Assembly: GCA_963693055.1 (NCBI GenBank)
Contig: OY843751.1
Span: forward strand, 2,080,001 to 2,144,000
From: a bacterium
GTDB lineage: Bacteria > Zhuqueibacterota > Zhuqueibacteria > Residuimicrobiales > Krinioviventaceae
Reading direction: 5' to 3'
DNA: 64,000 nt
Under the pieces are notes generated by a model. That model had not been told where the DNA came from. It saw only the letters and a list, made by a program, of their open reading frames with translations, and ran no database searches. The stretch's first letter is position 1, and the number at the start of each line of letters is the position of its first letter. Shown piece by piece: positions 35,761 to 46,712 of this stretch. A program made the translations under genes and the position numbers.

Positions 35761-38184
35761 ATGAAAAAATTGTTATTGATTTTTTTTGTATTGGGCATAT
35801 TTCAAATTTCTTTTGCGCAAGGGAAAACGGATGCCATGCTTTTTGGGGATGTAAAATGTTCTGAAACCGGTGAACATATCCCCTTTGCCAATATAACGAT
35901 CAAAGGTACCCATATGGGGACGGCTGCGGATGCCAGCGGGCATTTTAAATTGACGAATCTGCCGTTAGGCGAACATATTCTGGTTGTGCATGCTATTGGT
36001 TACAAGTCACAGGAAAAAAAGGTGACCCTGCAAAAGGACAAAGCGGTTACTGTTTTTTTTGAGTTGGAACAGGATGTGTTGGAATTGGAACAGGTTGTGG
36101 TTACCGGAACAAGGACCAAGCATTATATCAAAGATGTGCCCGTCCGCACTGAAGTGATTACAATGAAAGAAATAGAGAACAAGAATGCATTGAATATATA
36201 TCAGGCATTGGAGGGTATGCCGGGTATCAGGGTTGAAAACCAGTGTCAATACTGTAATTTTACCATGGTCAGAATGCAGGGATTGGGTGCAGAGCATACC
36301 CAGGTGTTGATCAACGGACAGCCAATGTATTCCGGACTTGCCGGGGTTTACGGTCTTGAGCAGTTGGGAACTTCTGATGTTGAAAGGATCGAAGTTGTTA
36401 AAGGGGCTGGTTCTGCATTATACGGCAGCAGTGCTGTTGCCGGTGCTATTAATATTGTTACCAGTGAACCGTCATATCAACCTTTAATTACTGCCGGTAT
36501 GCAATTTGGGAGCTATAACACCAACAAGTATAATATATCGTCTTCGTTACGCAATGAAAGCGGCAGAATTGGACTCAATGTATATGCGGAACGTGTTACC
36601 GGAGATGCTATTGACGAAACCGGTGAAGGAACTACAAGGGAGAAAGTTGAGAATAAAGACGGTATCTCTGACCGGGTTATGACCCATATGACCAATGCTG
36701 GTTTTAGTCTTTATGTCAACGACGCATTGTTCTCAAACGATAAGCTGATTGTAAGAGGCAAGTCTGTTTCGGAAGACCGCCAGGGCGGCACCATGACAGA
36801 TGATTATTATAAAAATCCCCTTACTGACGGAACAGAAAGTATTAACACTGACCGGTATGAAGTGGAAGTAAATTATAATAAAATGCTTGAATCCGGTTCT
36901 GAAATTGATTTTACCCTGGGCGTTGTTGATCACAAAAGGAACGCAACCAATGATTCGTATTTAGGGGATTACATGGATACCCACGACGATAACGTTCCCG
37001 ATCTTCGGGATATGCGTCCGTATTTAGCTGATGAGCAATCCTATACGGCTACACTGACTTATGGTACAACCCTGGGCAGTCATAGTTTATTAACAGGCGT
37101 TCAAACTTTTTTTGATGATCTCGAAGAATCTGGTATGTATGTTATTGTTGATCCTGCGAGCAGTTATCTTGGCCAGTCGTACAAGTCGAACAGTAAAAAA
37201 TCAGCACAGGAATTTGGCGCGTTTATTCAGGATGAATGGGCCGCTACAAGCAAGCTGATCATTGTTCCCGGAGTAAGAGTGGACAATCACCATTCTTCTG
37301 AAGAATATACTGCCGACAAGCAGGTTTTTACAACAACAACTTTTCCTAAAACCGATTTTGATGAAACAAGCATAAACCCACGCCTGGCAGTTAAATATGC
37401 GCTTTCTAATGAGTTTACCCTTCGTGCGAACGCGGGTACCGGGTTCAGAGCACCCTACGGGTTTTCCGAAGACCTCCATCTTTGCAGCGGTTCCCCGCGT
37501 GTATGGAAGTCGTCTGATCTTGATCCTGAAACTTCTGTAAGCTATAACATGGCACTCGATTATTATGGAAGTAATATGCGTGTCAGTACCAACGTTTTCA
37601 GAACTGACCTGAAAGACAAGATCGGCTTTACCGATGCAGATGGGCCCGTATCTGCACTTGGTTATGATTATCAGTGGAAAAACATTGACGATGCTTTTGT
37701 GCAGGGTGTTGAATTGTCTGTAATGTCCAATGTCGCTCACAATCTTGATATGGGTATTGATTTTACCTATAACCAGGGTGAATACAATAATGCCCGTGAA
37801 GACTGGATTGGTACCTCGTACGAAAGTATCAGCAAGTATATTTCGCGTTTCCCGGAAACCACCGGTAATATCAAGGTCGATTATGATCCTGGTACATGGA
37901 GTTTTTCGTTAACTGGAAATTACCAGGGCAAAATGTATATAGATTATTACAATGAAGACATTGATCCTGAAATAGGCGATCAAACAAAGATTAAAGAAAC
38001 CGATCCCTATATGGTGTTTAACGCGCGTATTTCAAAATCAATAAATATGTGTAAGCTTTATTTGGGTGTGAATAATATATTTGATTATGTTCAGGATGAA
38101 AAACATCTTGATGATGCAGCGTTTATGTATGCCCCGGTTTATGGTACCATGTTTTATGGCGGCATCACTTTGGATATTCGCTGA
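35761..38184 (+). CDS. TonB-dependent receptor with CxxC in the plug
   Basis: CarboxypepD-reg N-terminus; VVVTGTRT TonB box region; ENQCQYCNF; IEVVKGAGSALYGSSAVAGAINIVT; EDLHLC; NNIFDYVQ. Confidence 0.92.
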   Translation: MKKLLLIFFVLGIFQISFAQGKTDAMLFGDVKCSETGEHIPFANITIKGTHMGTAADASGHFKLTNLPLGEHILVVHAIGYKSQEKKVTLQKDKAVTVFFELEQDVLELEQVVVTGTRTKHYIKDVPVRTEVITMKEIENKNALNIYQALEGMPGIRVENQCQYCNFTMVRMQGLGAEHTQVLINGQPMYSGLAGVYGLEQLGTSDVERIEVVKGAGSALYGSSAVAGAINIVTSEPSYQPLITAGMQFGSYNTNKYNISSSLRNESGRIGLNVYAERVTGDAIDETGEGTTREKVENKDGISDRVMTHMTNAGFSLYVNDALFSNDKLIVRGKSVSEDRQGGTMTDDYYKNPLTDGTESINTDRYEVEVNYNKMLESGSEIDFTLGVVDHKRNATNDSYLGDYMDTHDDNVPDLRDMRPYLADEQSYTATLTYGTTLGSHSLLTGVQTFFDDLEESGMYVIVDPASSYLGQSYKSNSKKSAQEFGAFIQDEWAATSKLIIVPGVRVDNHHSSEEYTADKQVFTTTTFPKTDFDETSINPRLAVKYALSNEFTLRANAGTGFRAPYGFSEDLHLCSGSPRVWKSSDLDPETSVSYNMALDYYGSNMRVSTNVFRTDLKDKIGFTDADGPVSALGYDYQWKNIDDAFVQGVELSVMSNVAHNLDMGIDFTYNQGEYNNAREDWIGTSYESISKYISRFPETTGNIKVDYDPGTWSFSLTGNYQGKMYIDYYNEDIDPEIGDQTKIKETDPYMVFNARISKSINMCKLYLGVNNIFDYVQDEKHLDDAAFMYAPVYGTMFYGGITLDIR

Positions 38185-38254
38185 TTTATGATTCACCATT
38201 AAAACGACCTGTTTACCCTTACCTCCATAAATAAATGAAATACAGCAGGAGAGA

Positions 38255-38290
38255 GCGGGAGAGAATGATAATGTTTTCTCCCGTTTTTTT
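38255..38290 (+). terminator. Intrinsic terminator after the TonB receptor
   Basis: CGGGAGAGAA-TGATAATG-TTTTCTCCCG followed by T7. Confidence 0.8.
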
Positions 38291-38466
38291 ATTTTAGAAC
38301 CCTGGTGTCCGGTTTAAGAGTGTTTATATATAAAAATGAAAAACCAAAAAAATGTTGAATTTTATCATTGGGATGGCTAATCTGTGTAGCGATTACCAAT
38401 GGCAGATGAAATATTTTGAAAATCAGTGATGATAAATGCTCAAAAAATCCCAGCCTCAATTGAATA

Positions 38467-39777
38467 ATGATCCTGGAGGTGAAATTGACGTACTGCAAAA
38501 TTGTATTTGTACTATTATTGAATGTTGTGTTTTTTTCTTGTTCTCAAGACAACAAGATACAGCAAGGTTTTAGTTTTCCTGATGTAGAAGCGTTACCAGA
38601 ACAAAATATTCTCCCGGACCTATTTATTATGCATGATGGCTCACGCGTGCAATCTCTTGCAGATTGGGAAAAGCAACGCCAATATTTAAAAGCAATGCTG
38701 ATCCATTATCAATACGGCGAAATGCCTCCCAAACCCGAATTCACTGTAGTTACAGTAGACTCGAATTGTATTCTGGACGGTCAATGCGTTGAACAATTGT
38801 TAAAAATGATTATTAAACGAAATGGGAAAACTGCCGAGGTACGTTTTGGTATTCATCGGCCAAATAAACCCGGCAGGTATCCGGTGATTATCAAGAACGA
38901 CCGGTTTCGGTTTAGTCTTGATGACATTCGGGATGATATAATGCGGCAAAAGTACAGTGATAGCGATAAATATCCGGTAGAGCAATTTGTAGCAATAGAA
39001 GCTGTAAAGCGTGATTATGTGATTTGCAAATTTATAAGGGATGATGTTGCTGATGATATCTTGAATAGTCGAGAAACGGGTGTTTTTCCACTTTATCCTG
39101 AATATGAATTTGCCACCATTGCAGCCTGGTCTTGGTTTTACCTACCTATTATAGATTACCTGATTAGCCAGGACTATATTGACAGTACCAAAATAGTTGC
39201 AACCGGACATTCCCGTGGCGGAAAAACTGCGCTTGCTGCCGGCATATTTGATGAACGAATTGCCATTACGGCACCCAATTCATCCGGAACAGGAGGAACG
39301 GGTAGTTGGAAGTATTTTGATCCTGAACGTAAACCTCAAATTATAAAATCTCATATTGACAAGCATGATTACTGGTGGGTAAACAGGATTTTTGATTTTG
39401 TAGAAAATGATAGTAAACTGCCTTTTGATTCTCATTTCCACAAGGCACTAATTGCTCCACGTGCACTTTTGAATCCTCATGCCCGACAGGATTACTGGGC
39501 AAATCCTTACGGTACATACCTGACCTACCTGGCAGCTCAAAAAGTATTTGACTGGATGGGCGTTCCTGAACATAATGCTATACACTGGCGGGAAGGTGGC
39601 CATGGTCAGCTTGAAGAGGATTGGTTGGCATTGTTTGATTACTGTGATAAGCTCTTTTTCAATAAATCCACAAAACGGGTGTTTAATGCACCACATGATA
39701 TTAATTTTGAGAATAATCCGAAATATGAGCACTGGCCCTCATTGTATCCATGGGAGGCGCCTCTGGTTCAAAAGTGA
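38467..39777 (+). CDS. CE15-like (glucuronoyl esterase family) alpha/beta hydrolase lipoprotein
   Basis: Nucleophile motif GHSRGGK, AAWSW, SGTGG, LPFDSH...ALIAPR, DYWANP; lipobox FFSC. Confidence 0.8.
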   Translation: MILEVKLTYCKIVFVLLLNVVFFSCSQDNKIQQGFSFPDVEALPEQNILPDLFIMHDGSRVQSLADWEKQRQYLKAMLIHYQYGEMPPKPEFTVVTVDSNCILDGQCVEQLLKMIIKRNGKTAEVRFGIHRPNKPGRYPVIIKNDRFRFSLDDIRDDIMRQKYSDSDKYPVEQFVAIEAVKRDYVICKFIRDDVADDILNSRETGVFPLYPEYEFATIAAWSWFYLPIIDYLISQDYIDSTKIVATGHSRGGKTALAAGIFDERIAITAPNSSGTGGTGSWKYFDPERKPQIIKSHIDKHDYWWVNRIFDFVENDSKLPFDSHFHKALIAPRALLNPHARQDYWANPYGTYLTYLAAQKVFDWMGVPEHNAIHWREGGHGQLEEDWLALFDYCDKLFFNKSTKRVFNAPHDINFENNPKYEHWPSLYPWEAPLVQK

Positions 39778-39828
39778 TTGGGCCAATTAAAATCAAGAGG
39801 ATAAATTCCAAGTTCGTGGTGTAAGATA

Positions 39829-41136
39829 TCAATTGTTTTGTTTATATCGATTAATCATGATCGCCCGTTTTCCGGATTGAAGACGGGGAATCTGGTCTAC
39901 AAAATCCAGAATGATATTTGCATTTTGTCCAAAAATATTTTTGTATTGCGATATGAGTAGATCCTGCAGATTGAATTCCGGTTTTACCTGTAATTTTATC
40001 CGGTAGGTATCGCTGGTTTCCTGAATAATCTGATATTGTATAACCCTTTCGGTCAACTCGCGAGACTTGTCAATAGCCCCATAAATCGCACCATAGTTAA
40101 CATACGCCCCGTCAGTGTTGAACAATTTTTCCGTAATTCTGCCATGGAATGTTTTAAGAGAAGGGATGTTGGGGCCGGAATTGAAAGGAACATCCCATTC
40201 TGCACTGTCACCAATTTCATACCGTATCAGCGGCATTGCATGTGAGAACAAATCTGTTATTACAATCCGTCCCGGTTCTCCGGGGCCAACGGGTACATCC
40301 TTGTTCATATCCAATATTTCGATATGATGAGATGTGAAATTGATTGTATAGTTGTCTTGATTGGGATTTTCGTGCGCAACCACTCCCAGTTCTTCAGTTG
40401 CATATCGGTTTAATACGGTACATCCAAATACATTTTTAAATACATTTCGGGCCCTTTCTGTTAACGTTTCGCCGCTGCTGATGATCCCTTTTAAATAAAA
40501 ATCCTTTGGTGTATCACCCTGGCTTTTACACCATTCCGCAATTTCAAGAAGCGGGGTAGGGTATGATATAATAAACTCGACTTGCCGGGCTTTTAGCGTT
40601 TTACGCTGTTCTTCTTTCCATTCATCATCAACATGGGTGGGATCCATGGGAACAAGATTTTTACTGATTTGCTGCCATTTTGTGAACTGTTTGGGACGGA
40701 TTTGTGTATACCGCATCCCGATATTGTAACCGGCCCAGCGATTAAAATAGATCAGTTCTGCCATTCGTCTTGCAAATTTACCGGGTGTTACATAATAGTG
40801 AAAGGGGATGCCATAAGAGCCACTCGTGGTTCTACCCAGTAAATTATTCCTGTCATATTTTTCAGAAAACAATTCGTCATAATGGTATTTAAGATCATTC
40901 TTGGTAATAACCGGAAAATCGGCAAGGTTGCTGTATCTTCTATACTGTCTGTAATACGGAGATGTGGCAGTTGCAAATTTGAGAATGTCGTTTATACGAA
41001 TTTCATGAATGGCAGAATGGTGTGCGGGATCTTTATATGCTTGCTCAATATCAGTTAAATGTTTTTTTATTAATCCACCATTCAGAGAGTCTCTAATCCA
41101 GAATGCTTTGTTTCGTATCGTTTGTCCTAAATGCAT
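39829..41136 (-). CDS. Phenylacetate-CoA ligase/CapK-like adenylate-forming enzyme
   Basis: SPYYR, FPVITKNDL, TTSGSYG.P, SGETL, YATEE, PLIRYEIGD, SGK. Confidence 0.8.
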   Translation of the reverse strand: MHLGQTIRNKAFWIRDSLNGGLIKKHLTDIEQAYKDPAHHSAIHEIRINDILKFATATSPYYRQYRRYSNLADFPVITKNDLKYHYDELFSEKYDRNNLLGRTTSGSYGIPFHYYVTPGKFARRMAELIYFNRWAGYNIGMRYTQIRPKQFTKWQQISKNLVPMDPTHVDDEWKEEQRKTLKARQVEFIISYPTPLLEIAEWCKSQGDTPKDFYLKGIISSGETLTERARNVFKNVFGCTVLNRYATEELGVVAHENPNQDNYTINFTSHHIEILDMNKDVPVGPGEPGRIVITDLFSHAMPLIRYEIGDSAEWDVPFNSGPNIPSLKTFHGRITEKLFNTDGAYVNYGAIYGAIDKSRELTERVIQYQIIQETSDTYRIKLQVKPEFNLQDLLISQYKNIFGQNANIILDFVDQIPRLQSGKRAIMINRYKQNN

Positions 41137-41328
41137 CTTTACTTCTTTATAAAATTCTAATGTCCATTATTCTATATCTACATTGAATAGTATATGGTTA
41201 TTCCGTTTGTACCTCTTATTTGTTAAAATGAACGTGTTTCACTACACAGTGGTTTTTTACCATGCATTATGGAAATGTAACGAGTTGATATTGCTAAAAG
41301 GAGGTAATGATTTGCAGTATTGTTATTG

Positions 41329-42387
41329 CTAGCAAATCCTCGGTAACTGCTCACCGCTGAATAACTGTAGAATACGTCTGCTGCCATAAGCATTCAAGAG
41401 TACAACTTGTGATGCTTTTGCGTCCAAAATTTTTCCTATGGCTACGGCATTGGAGCTGACGGGAATCCTGGCAAGTATGGACAATGCTTCTTGCTGCTGT
41501 TCTTTTGGAAGAAAGATAATGAACCGTCCTTCATTAGCAACATATTTGGGGTCAAATCCCAGCAATTCACAGGCCCCTCTGACAGGCTCCGTCACTGGAA
41601 TCGATTCTTCATTGATCTCTATATTATAGCACGAGGTTTCTGCCATTTCAACGAGTGCGGCGGCCAGGCCACCCCGGGTCAGGTCGCGCATACAGTGAAT
41701 GTCAAGGCCAGCATCGATCAATGCCCTGACTGCTTGGTGCAGGGGAGCGCAGTCGCTTTGCAGGTCTGTCTCAAATTCCAGACCTTCTCTTTTTGCCATG
41801 ACGGAAATTCCATGTCTGCCAATATCGCCGCTAAGCAGAATAGCATCGCCGGGTTTGATAGATGAGGGAGAAATTGTCAATCCTTCCGGTACAAAACCAA
41901 TCCCGGTAGTGTTGATATAAATGCCGTCACATTTACCATGCTCTACCACTTTGGTGTCGCCGGTTACTATAAAGACACTGCATTTATCCGCGGCATATTT
42001 GATTGATGAAATGATTTGCCACAAAGTTTCAATGGAAAATCCTTCTTCCAGAATGAGTCCCAGGCTAATATATTTGGGAACAGCTCCGCTCATACTCAAA
42101 TCGTTGACTGTACCATAGACAGCCAATTCGCCAATATCTCCACCCGGAAAGAATAGAGGATGTATAACAAACGAGTCTGTGGTAAATGCAATACTACTTG
42201 ATTCCACAGGAATAACTGCACTGTCATGGTCACGTTCCAGCAACTCGTTTGAAAAAGCAGACCGGAACATGTCATTAATCAACTGCCGTGTCAGTCTGCC
42301 GCCACCACCATGTGCCATTACAATATGCGGGTATTTTTCAATGGGAATTGGGCATGTGCCAAAATTTGTCATAGAGTTGTTTGACAT
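41329..42387 (-). CDS. hypE: Hydrogenase maturation carbamoyl dehydratase (true start probably 42387)
   Basis: MAHGGGG, TTDSFV, GTVNDL, TGDTKVVE, RDLTRGG, ANEG, C-terminal LPRIC; GAGGA RBS. Confidence 0.96.
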   Translation of the reverse strand: MSNNSMTNFGTCPIPIEKYPHIVMAHGGGGRLTRQLINDMFRSAFSNELLERDHDSAVIPVESSSIAFTTDSFVIHPLFFPGGDIGELAVYGTVNDLSMSGAVPKYISLGLILEEGFSIETLWQIISSIKYAADKCSVFIVTGDTKVVEHGKCDGIYINTTGIGFVPEGLTISPSSIKPGDAILLSGDIGRHGISVMAKREGLEFETDLQSDCAPLHQAVRALIDAGLDIHCMRDLTRGGLAAALVEMAETSCYNIEINEESIPVTEPVRGACELLGFDPKYVANEGRFIIFLPKEQQQEALSILARIPVSSNAVAIGKILDAKASQVVLLNAYGSRRILQLFSGEQLPRIC

Positions 42388-42401
42388 GTCGTCCTCAAGG
42401 G

Positions 42402-43499
42402 TTACGTGTTTACAACAGTATTTCGGTAATGATAATATGCCGCACAGGCACCTTCGGATGAAACCATGGTTGCTCCCAATGGATGATCCGGTGTGCATTC
42501 TGTTCCGAATGCCGGGCACTGGTCCGGTTTATGGGTTCCCTGCAATACCAATCCACTGATACATATATCCGGTTCGGTAACAGGTTCTGTATTTATTTGA
42601 AATCTGCGTTCTGCATCAAGGTGTTGGAAATCCAATTCAAGTTCGAGACCGCTGTTTTGAATTGTGCCTATACCTCTCCAGTCCCTGTCGGTTATTTTGA
42701 ATATCCGCTGCATCAATTCCCGGGCAGAGGTGTTTCCCTCGCGGCTAACGGAACGAGAATAGGGATTTTCAATTTTTGATTGTCCCCGTTCCAGTTGTTT
42801 GACGCACAGGTATATTCCCTGTAAAAGATCGACCGGCTCAAATCCGGTAACCACAATTGGGATTTTGAATTTTTTCACAATGGGTTCATATTCATGGTAT
42901 CCCATAACCGTACAAACATGTCCCGCGGCTAAAAAGCCCTGAATTGTATTATGTGGAGATGAGAGCAGTAATTCTATTGCAGGCGGCACACGGACATGAG
43001 ATACCAGAAATGATAGATTGGGTATGTTTTGCTCATATGCCTGCCATACTGCCATGGCAACAGCAGGTGCGGTGGTTTCGAATCCCACTGCAAAAAAGAT
43101 AATTTGCTTATCGGGATTTTGTTTGGCAAGTTCTAATGTATCCATGGGAGAATAAACGATCCGTATATCTGCGCCTCTGGCTTTGACAGAAATCAGGTCC
43201 TGTGTACTGCCGGGCACACGCAGCATGTCTCCAAATGAGGTAAATATGGCATCCGGTAATTGTGCCAGGGCAATGGCCTTGTCAATCATGTTCAATGGTG
43301 TAACGCATACAGGGCAGCCGGGGCCATGCAGCAGGTTGATTTTTTCTTCAAGCAATTGATCCATGCCATATTGCAGCAGGGCATGGGTTTGCCCTCCACA
43401 AATTTCCATAATGGTCCATTTACGTGTGGCTATTTGTAAAATCCTTTCAATACCGGTTTTGACAGCATGAGGATCTCTGTATTCTGAAATGAATTTCAT
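42402..43499 (-). CDS. hypD: Hydrogenase maturation protein HypD
   Basis: [48 protein letters not shown]. Confidence 0.97.
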   Translation of the reverse strand: MKFISEYRDPHAVKTGIERILQIATRKWTIMEICGGQTHALLQYGMDQLLEEKINLLHGPGCPVCVTPLNMIDKAIALAQLPDAIFTSFGDMLRVPGSTQDLISVKARGADIRIVYSPMDTLELAKQNPDKQIIFFAVGFETTAPAVAMAVWQAYEQNIPNLSFLVSHVRVPPAIELLLSSPHNTIQGFLAAGHVCTVMGYHEYEPIVKKFKIPIVVTGFEPVDLLQGIYLCVKQLERGQSKIENPYSRSVSREGNTSARELMQRIFKITDRDWRGIGTIQNSGLELELDFQHLDAERRFQINTEPVTEPDICISGLVLQGTHKPDQCPAFGTECTPDHPLGATMVSSEGACAAYYHYRNTVVNT

Positions 43500-43741
43500 G
43501 ATTCGTTCATGTCTTTTGGATTCATTTCTTTAAAAATATTCAATATTTCCCGGGCATCCTCTTCTTTAAGAATAGTAATAGCAAATCCTGCATGAACGTT
43601 CACCCAGTCTCCGGGTTTAGCTTCAGGAACATAACCCATATGTACAGACTTTACTATTCCATTAAAATCCACTTTGGCGGTTCGAGACATGGGTTCATCC
43701 CCATGAATGTCTACTATTTTACCGGGTATAGCAAGGCACAT
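43496..43741 (-). CDS. hypC: Hydrogenase maturation chaperone HypC
   Basis: MCLAIPG; VNVHAGFAI. Confidence 0.96.
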   Translation of the reverse strand: MCLAIPGKIVDIHGDEPMSRTAKVDFNGIVKSVHMGYVPEAKPGDWVNVHAGFAITILKEEDAREILNIFKEMNPKDMNES

Positions 43742-43743
43742 GT

Positions 43744-46047
43744 TTACTCCTCATTTGGTTTGAGAAACTGAGACGCATAAATTTGGCCGGTACTGATACC
43801 TCCATCATTAGGAGGGATTTGACGGTTTATGTACAATTGATATCCTTTTTCTACAAGTAATAAATGAACACGATCAGTCAGGTACCGGTTCTGGAACGTA
43901 CCCCCGGATATTACGATCTGTTCTAATCCCGCAAGATCAGCAATTTTGATTATTGTTTTTGAGAGTGTAATATGAACCTTGGCTGCTATAATCTCAACCG
44001 AAATGTTTTTTCTTTTATCCTCTATGATTTCGAGAATCATGGGGCGCCAGTCCAATATATATGTATCGTCTATTTTGTTTATTTCCAGGGAATACCGTTC
44101 ATAAAAATCATCAATGGGCCATGCTTTGTATTCCAGGCAGATGGCTGCATGTCCTTCGTATTGATTTATATGTTCAAGGTCCAGCAGGGAGGCTATTGCG
44201 TCAAATAATCTTCCTGCGCTTGATGTCTTGGGGCAATTTATGTTTTTATCCAGCATGTCAAGTAAAAGGTGGTTATTTTTGTTATTCGAGTGGGCAGTGG
44301 GTAGTATTTCAAGGATTTTATTTCTGTTACCCTCAAACAAAGTGTGCAAAAGTCCGGCAAGAGTCCTGAACGGTTCTTTTATGGCCAAATCACCACCCGG
44401 TAGTGCAAATGGTAGAAAATGGGCAAAACGTTTATAACTACTCTGGCTGATTAAAATTGTTTCACCACCCCAAATGGTTTCATCATCACCAAGGCCAGTA
44501 CCGTCCCAGGCAAATCCTAACACGGGGGGATGAATATTATATTCTGCCATGCAAGAGTAAATGTGAGCAACATGATGTTGGACTTGAAGTCTGGCAATTC
44601 CGGATTTCTCTGCATATTGTGATGATAAATAGTCCGGATGTTTATCATGAATAACCAACTCGGGAGTAATTTCATACATATTGGCTAGGTCTTTAATGCT
44701 GGTAGAGAAAGCATTGTAAGCGGCTTTAGTTTCCAGATCACCAATGTGCTGGCTGGTAAAAATTGTGTTTCCTTTAGAGATACTGATAGTGTTTTTTAAA
44801 TGACCACCCACAGCAAGTATTGCATTGTAATTTGTTTGTCCGGTAATGGGTAGTGGGGCGTATCCTCTGGCGCGTCGTAGAATGGTAAGGTCAGATGCAA
44901 TGGTTTTCACAACCGAGTCATCCACATGGCGGGCAATGGGGCGATTGTGCACCAGAAATGCATCTGCAATATTTTTTAGCCTCAAGAATGCTTCGTCATT
45001 ATCAATACAAATGGGTTCTTCTGAGATATTTCCGCTTGTACATATTACCGGACTGTTCATTTCTTTCATTAATAAATGATGCAATGGAGAGTAGGGCAGC
45101 ATTGCACCGAGATAAGGATTGTCGGGAGCTACGGAAGGAGCCAGTTCTTTGTATGGGTCTTGAATTTTAAATAGCAAAACAATTGGCGACTGGGCTGAAA
45201 GTAATGCTGCTTTTTCCTTGTCAGATATTCTGCAATATGCCTGAATTGATGATAAATTGGGAAACATGACCGCGAAGGGCTTTGCTTTGCGTAGTTTTCG
45301 TTTCCGCAAACGATTGATTGTTTTTTCATTGGCCGCATCTGCCAGTAACTGGAACCCTCCCACACCTTTTACCGCAATGATTTTGCCTGCTTTAATCAGA
45401 GAAACGCAATGTTTTATTGTGTCTTCCGGGCCCGAAATAGCAATCCCCTTTTTGTTAGCAAGCTGGATTTGCGGACCACAGGTTGGACAGGCATTGGGTT
45501 GAGCATGAAATCGACGATCGTTGGGATTATCGTATTCTTCCTGGCAATCCGGACACATGGTAAAAGAGTCCATTGTTGTATTTTTACGATCATAGGGAAG
45601 TGACGTGATGATGGAATAGCGCGGACCGCAATGCGTACAGTTGATAAAGGGGTACTGATAACGTCTGTTCGATTCATCTTCAAGTTCGTCAAGGCAATCG
45701 GGACACGTTGCAAGGTCCGGTATAATCCAAGCGTTTTTTGTGTAACTATTTTCACTGAATTTGATTTCAAAATTATCAAAATCGTGTAATGGCAGCTTGT
45801 TATGTTCAATTGAATGAACCAAAATAGGGGGTGGTGCCTGGTAAAGCAGGCGAGTAAATTGATCAAGAATGGTTGGTGTAGCTTGAATGATCATATGCAC
45901 GCCCTGATCTGTATTATTAACCTGACCTTTAATATCCATTTGATGCGCTATTCGATAAACAAACGGCCTGAATCCAACTCCCTGGACAGAGCCGGTGATC
46001 TGCAATAGCCTGCATTCCAGTCTTTCTGTGTACAATGTTTTTTTCAA
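43744..46047 (-). CDS. hypF: Carbamoyltransferase HypF (probable TTG start at 46047 overlapping the hypB stop; ORF track extends to 46089)
   Basis: VQGVGFRPFVY acylphosphatase domain, CPDC/CTHCGPRY/CPDC/CPTCGP zinc fingers, RRARGYAP, QHHVAH, DGTG.G, PPNDGG. Confidence 0.96.
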   Translation of the reverse strand: MKKTLYTERLECRLLQITGSVQGVGFRPFVYRIAHQMDIKGQVNNTDQGVHMIIQATPTILDQFTRLLYQAPPPILVHSIEHNKLPLHDFDNFEIKFSENSYTKNAWIIPDLATCPDCLDELEDESNRRYQYPFINCTHCGPRYSIITSLPYDRKNTTMDSFTMCPDCQEEYDNPNDRRFHAQPNACPTCGPQIQLANKKGIAISGPEDTIKHCVSLIKAGKIIAVKGVGGFQLLADAANEKTINRLRKRKLRKAKPFAVMFPNLSSIQAYCRISDKEKAALLSAQSPIVLLFKIQDPYKELAPSVAPDNPYLGAMLPYSPLHHLLMKEMNSPVICTSGNISEEPICIDNDEAFLRLKNIADAFLVHNRPIARHVDDSVVKTIASDLTILRRARGYAPLPITGQTNYNAILAVGGHLKNTISISKGNTIFTSQHIGDLETKAAYNAFSTSIKDLANMYEITPELVIHDKHPDYLSSQYAEKSGIARLQVQHHVAHIYSCMAEYNIHPPVLGFAWDGTGLGDDETIWGGETILISQSSYKRFAHFLPFALPGGDLAIKEPFRTLAGLLHTLFEGNRNKILEILPTAHSNNKNNHLLLDMLDKNINCPKTSSAGRLFDAIASLLDLEHINQYEGHAAICLEYKAWPIDDFYERYSLEINKIDDTYILDWRPMILEIIEDKRKNISVEIIAAKVHITLSKTIIKIADLAGLEQIVISGGTFQNRYLTDRVHLLLVEKGYQLYINRQIPPNDGGISTGQIYASQFLKPNEE

Positions 46048-46712
46048 TTCTTGCCTGCTGTAAACTGATTTACCTGTTGTTTTAACCAACTCACAATTTG
46101 TTCCAATCCTTCTCCGGTTTTGGCAGATGCAGTTATAAATTCCAGTTCGGGGTTAACTTGCCAGGCAAATTGCTTTGCCTTTTCAACATCAAATTCAACA
46201 TAGGGCAGGAGGTCCGTTTTATTAATAATACATAAATTAGCTTTGCTGAACATGGTGTTGTATTTTATGGGCTTGTCGTCTCCCTCTGTTGTGCTGATGA
46301 TTACTACCTTTTTATACTCTCCAAGGTCATAGCTTGCAGGACAAACAAGATTGCCAACATTTTCAATGAAAAGCAATTGTCTTGTTGTTAAATCCATTTG
46401 CTGCAAGGCATTTCTGATCAGCATGGCATCTAAATGACAGCCGCCTTTGGTTACGATTTGAATGACAGGTACACCCAGTGCATCAATTCTGTCCGCATCC
46501 CGATTGGTATGGAGATCTCCTTCTATAACCGCCGGATGTAATGCTTTCAAATCTGGTAACAATTTTTCAAGCAGTGTGGTTTTACCTGACCCTGGTGAGC
46601 TGAGCAGGTTAAACGTTGCAATGTTTAGTGATTTAAACTGGTCCCGGTTTTGTGCTGCAACCTGGTCGTTTTTTTCCAAAATATTTCTTTCTACTGTAAT
46701 TACCGCCATCAT
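46044..46712 (-). CDS. hypB: Nickel-insertion GTPase HypB
   Basis: SSPGSGKT, IEGD, GGCHLDA, ENVGNLVCP, EGDDKP.KY, NKTD. Confidence 0.97.
   Translation of the reverse strand: MMAVITVERNILEKNDQVAAQNRDQFKSLNIATFNLLSSPGSGKTTLLEKLLPDLKALHPAVIEGDLHTNRDADRIDALGVPVIQIVTKGGCHLDAMLIRNALQQMDLTTRQLLFIENVGNLVCPASYDLGEYKKVVIISTTEGDDKPIKYNTMFSKANLCIINKTDLLPYVEFDVEKAKQFAWQVNPELEFITASAKTGEGLEQIVSWLKQQVNQFTAGKN

Noticed and set aside
38182-38202. TGA stop of the CxxC TonB receptor as a selenocysteine or readthrough codon (protein ends DIR, not Phe)
   Set aside because: Readthrough would add only a few residues, there is no SECIS-like hairpin directly 3', and the barrel appears complete
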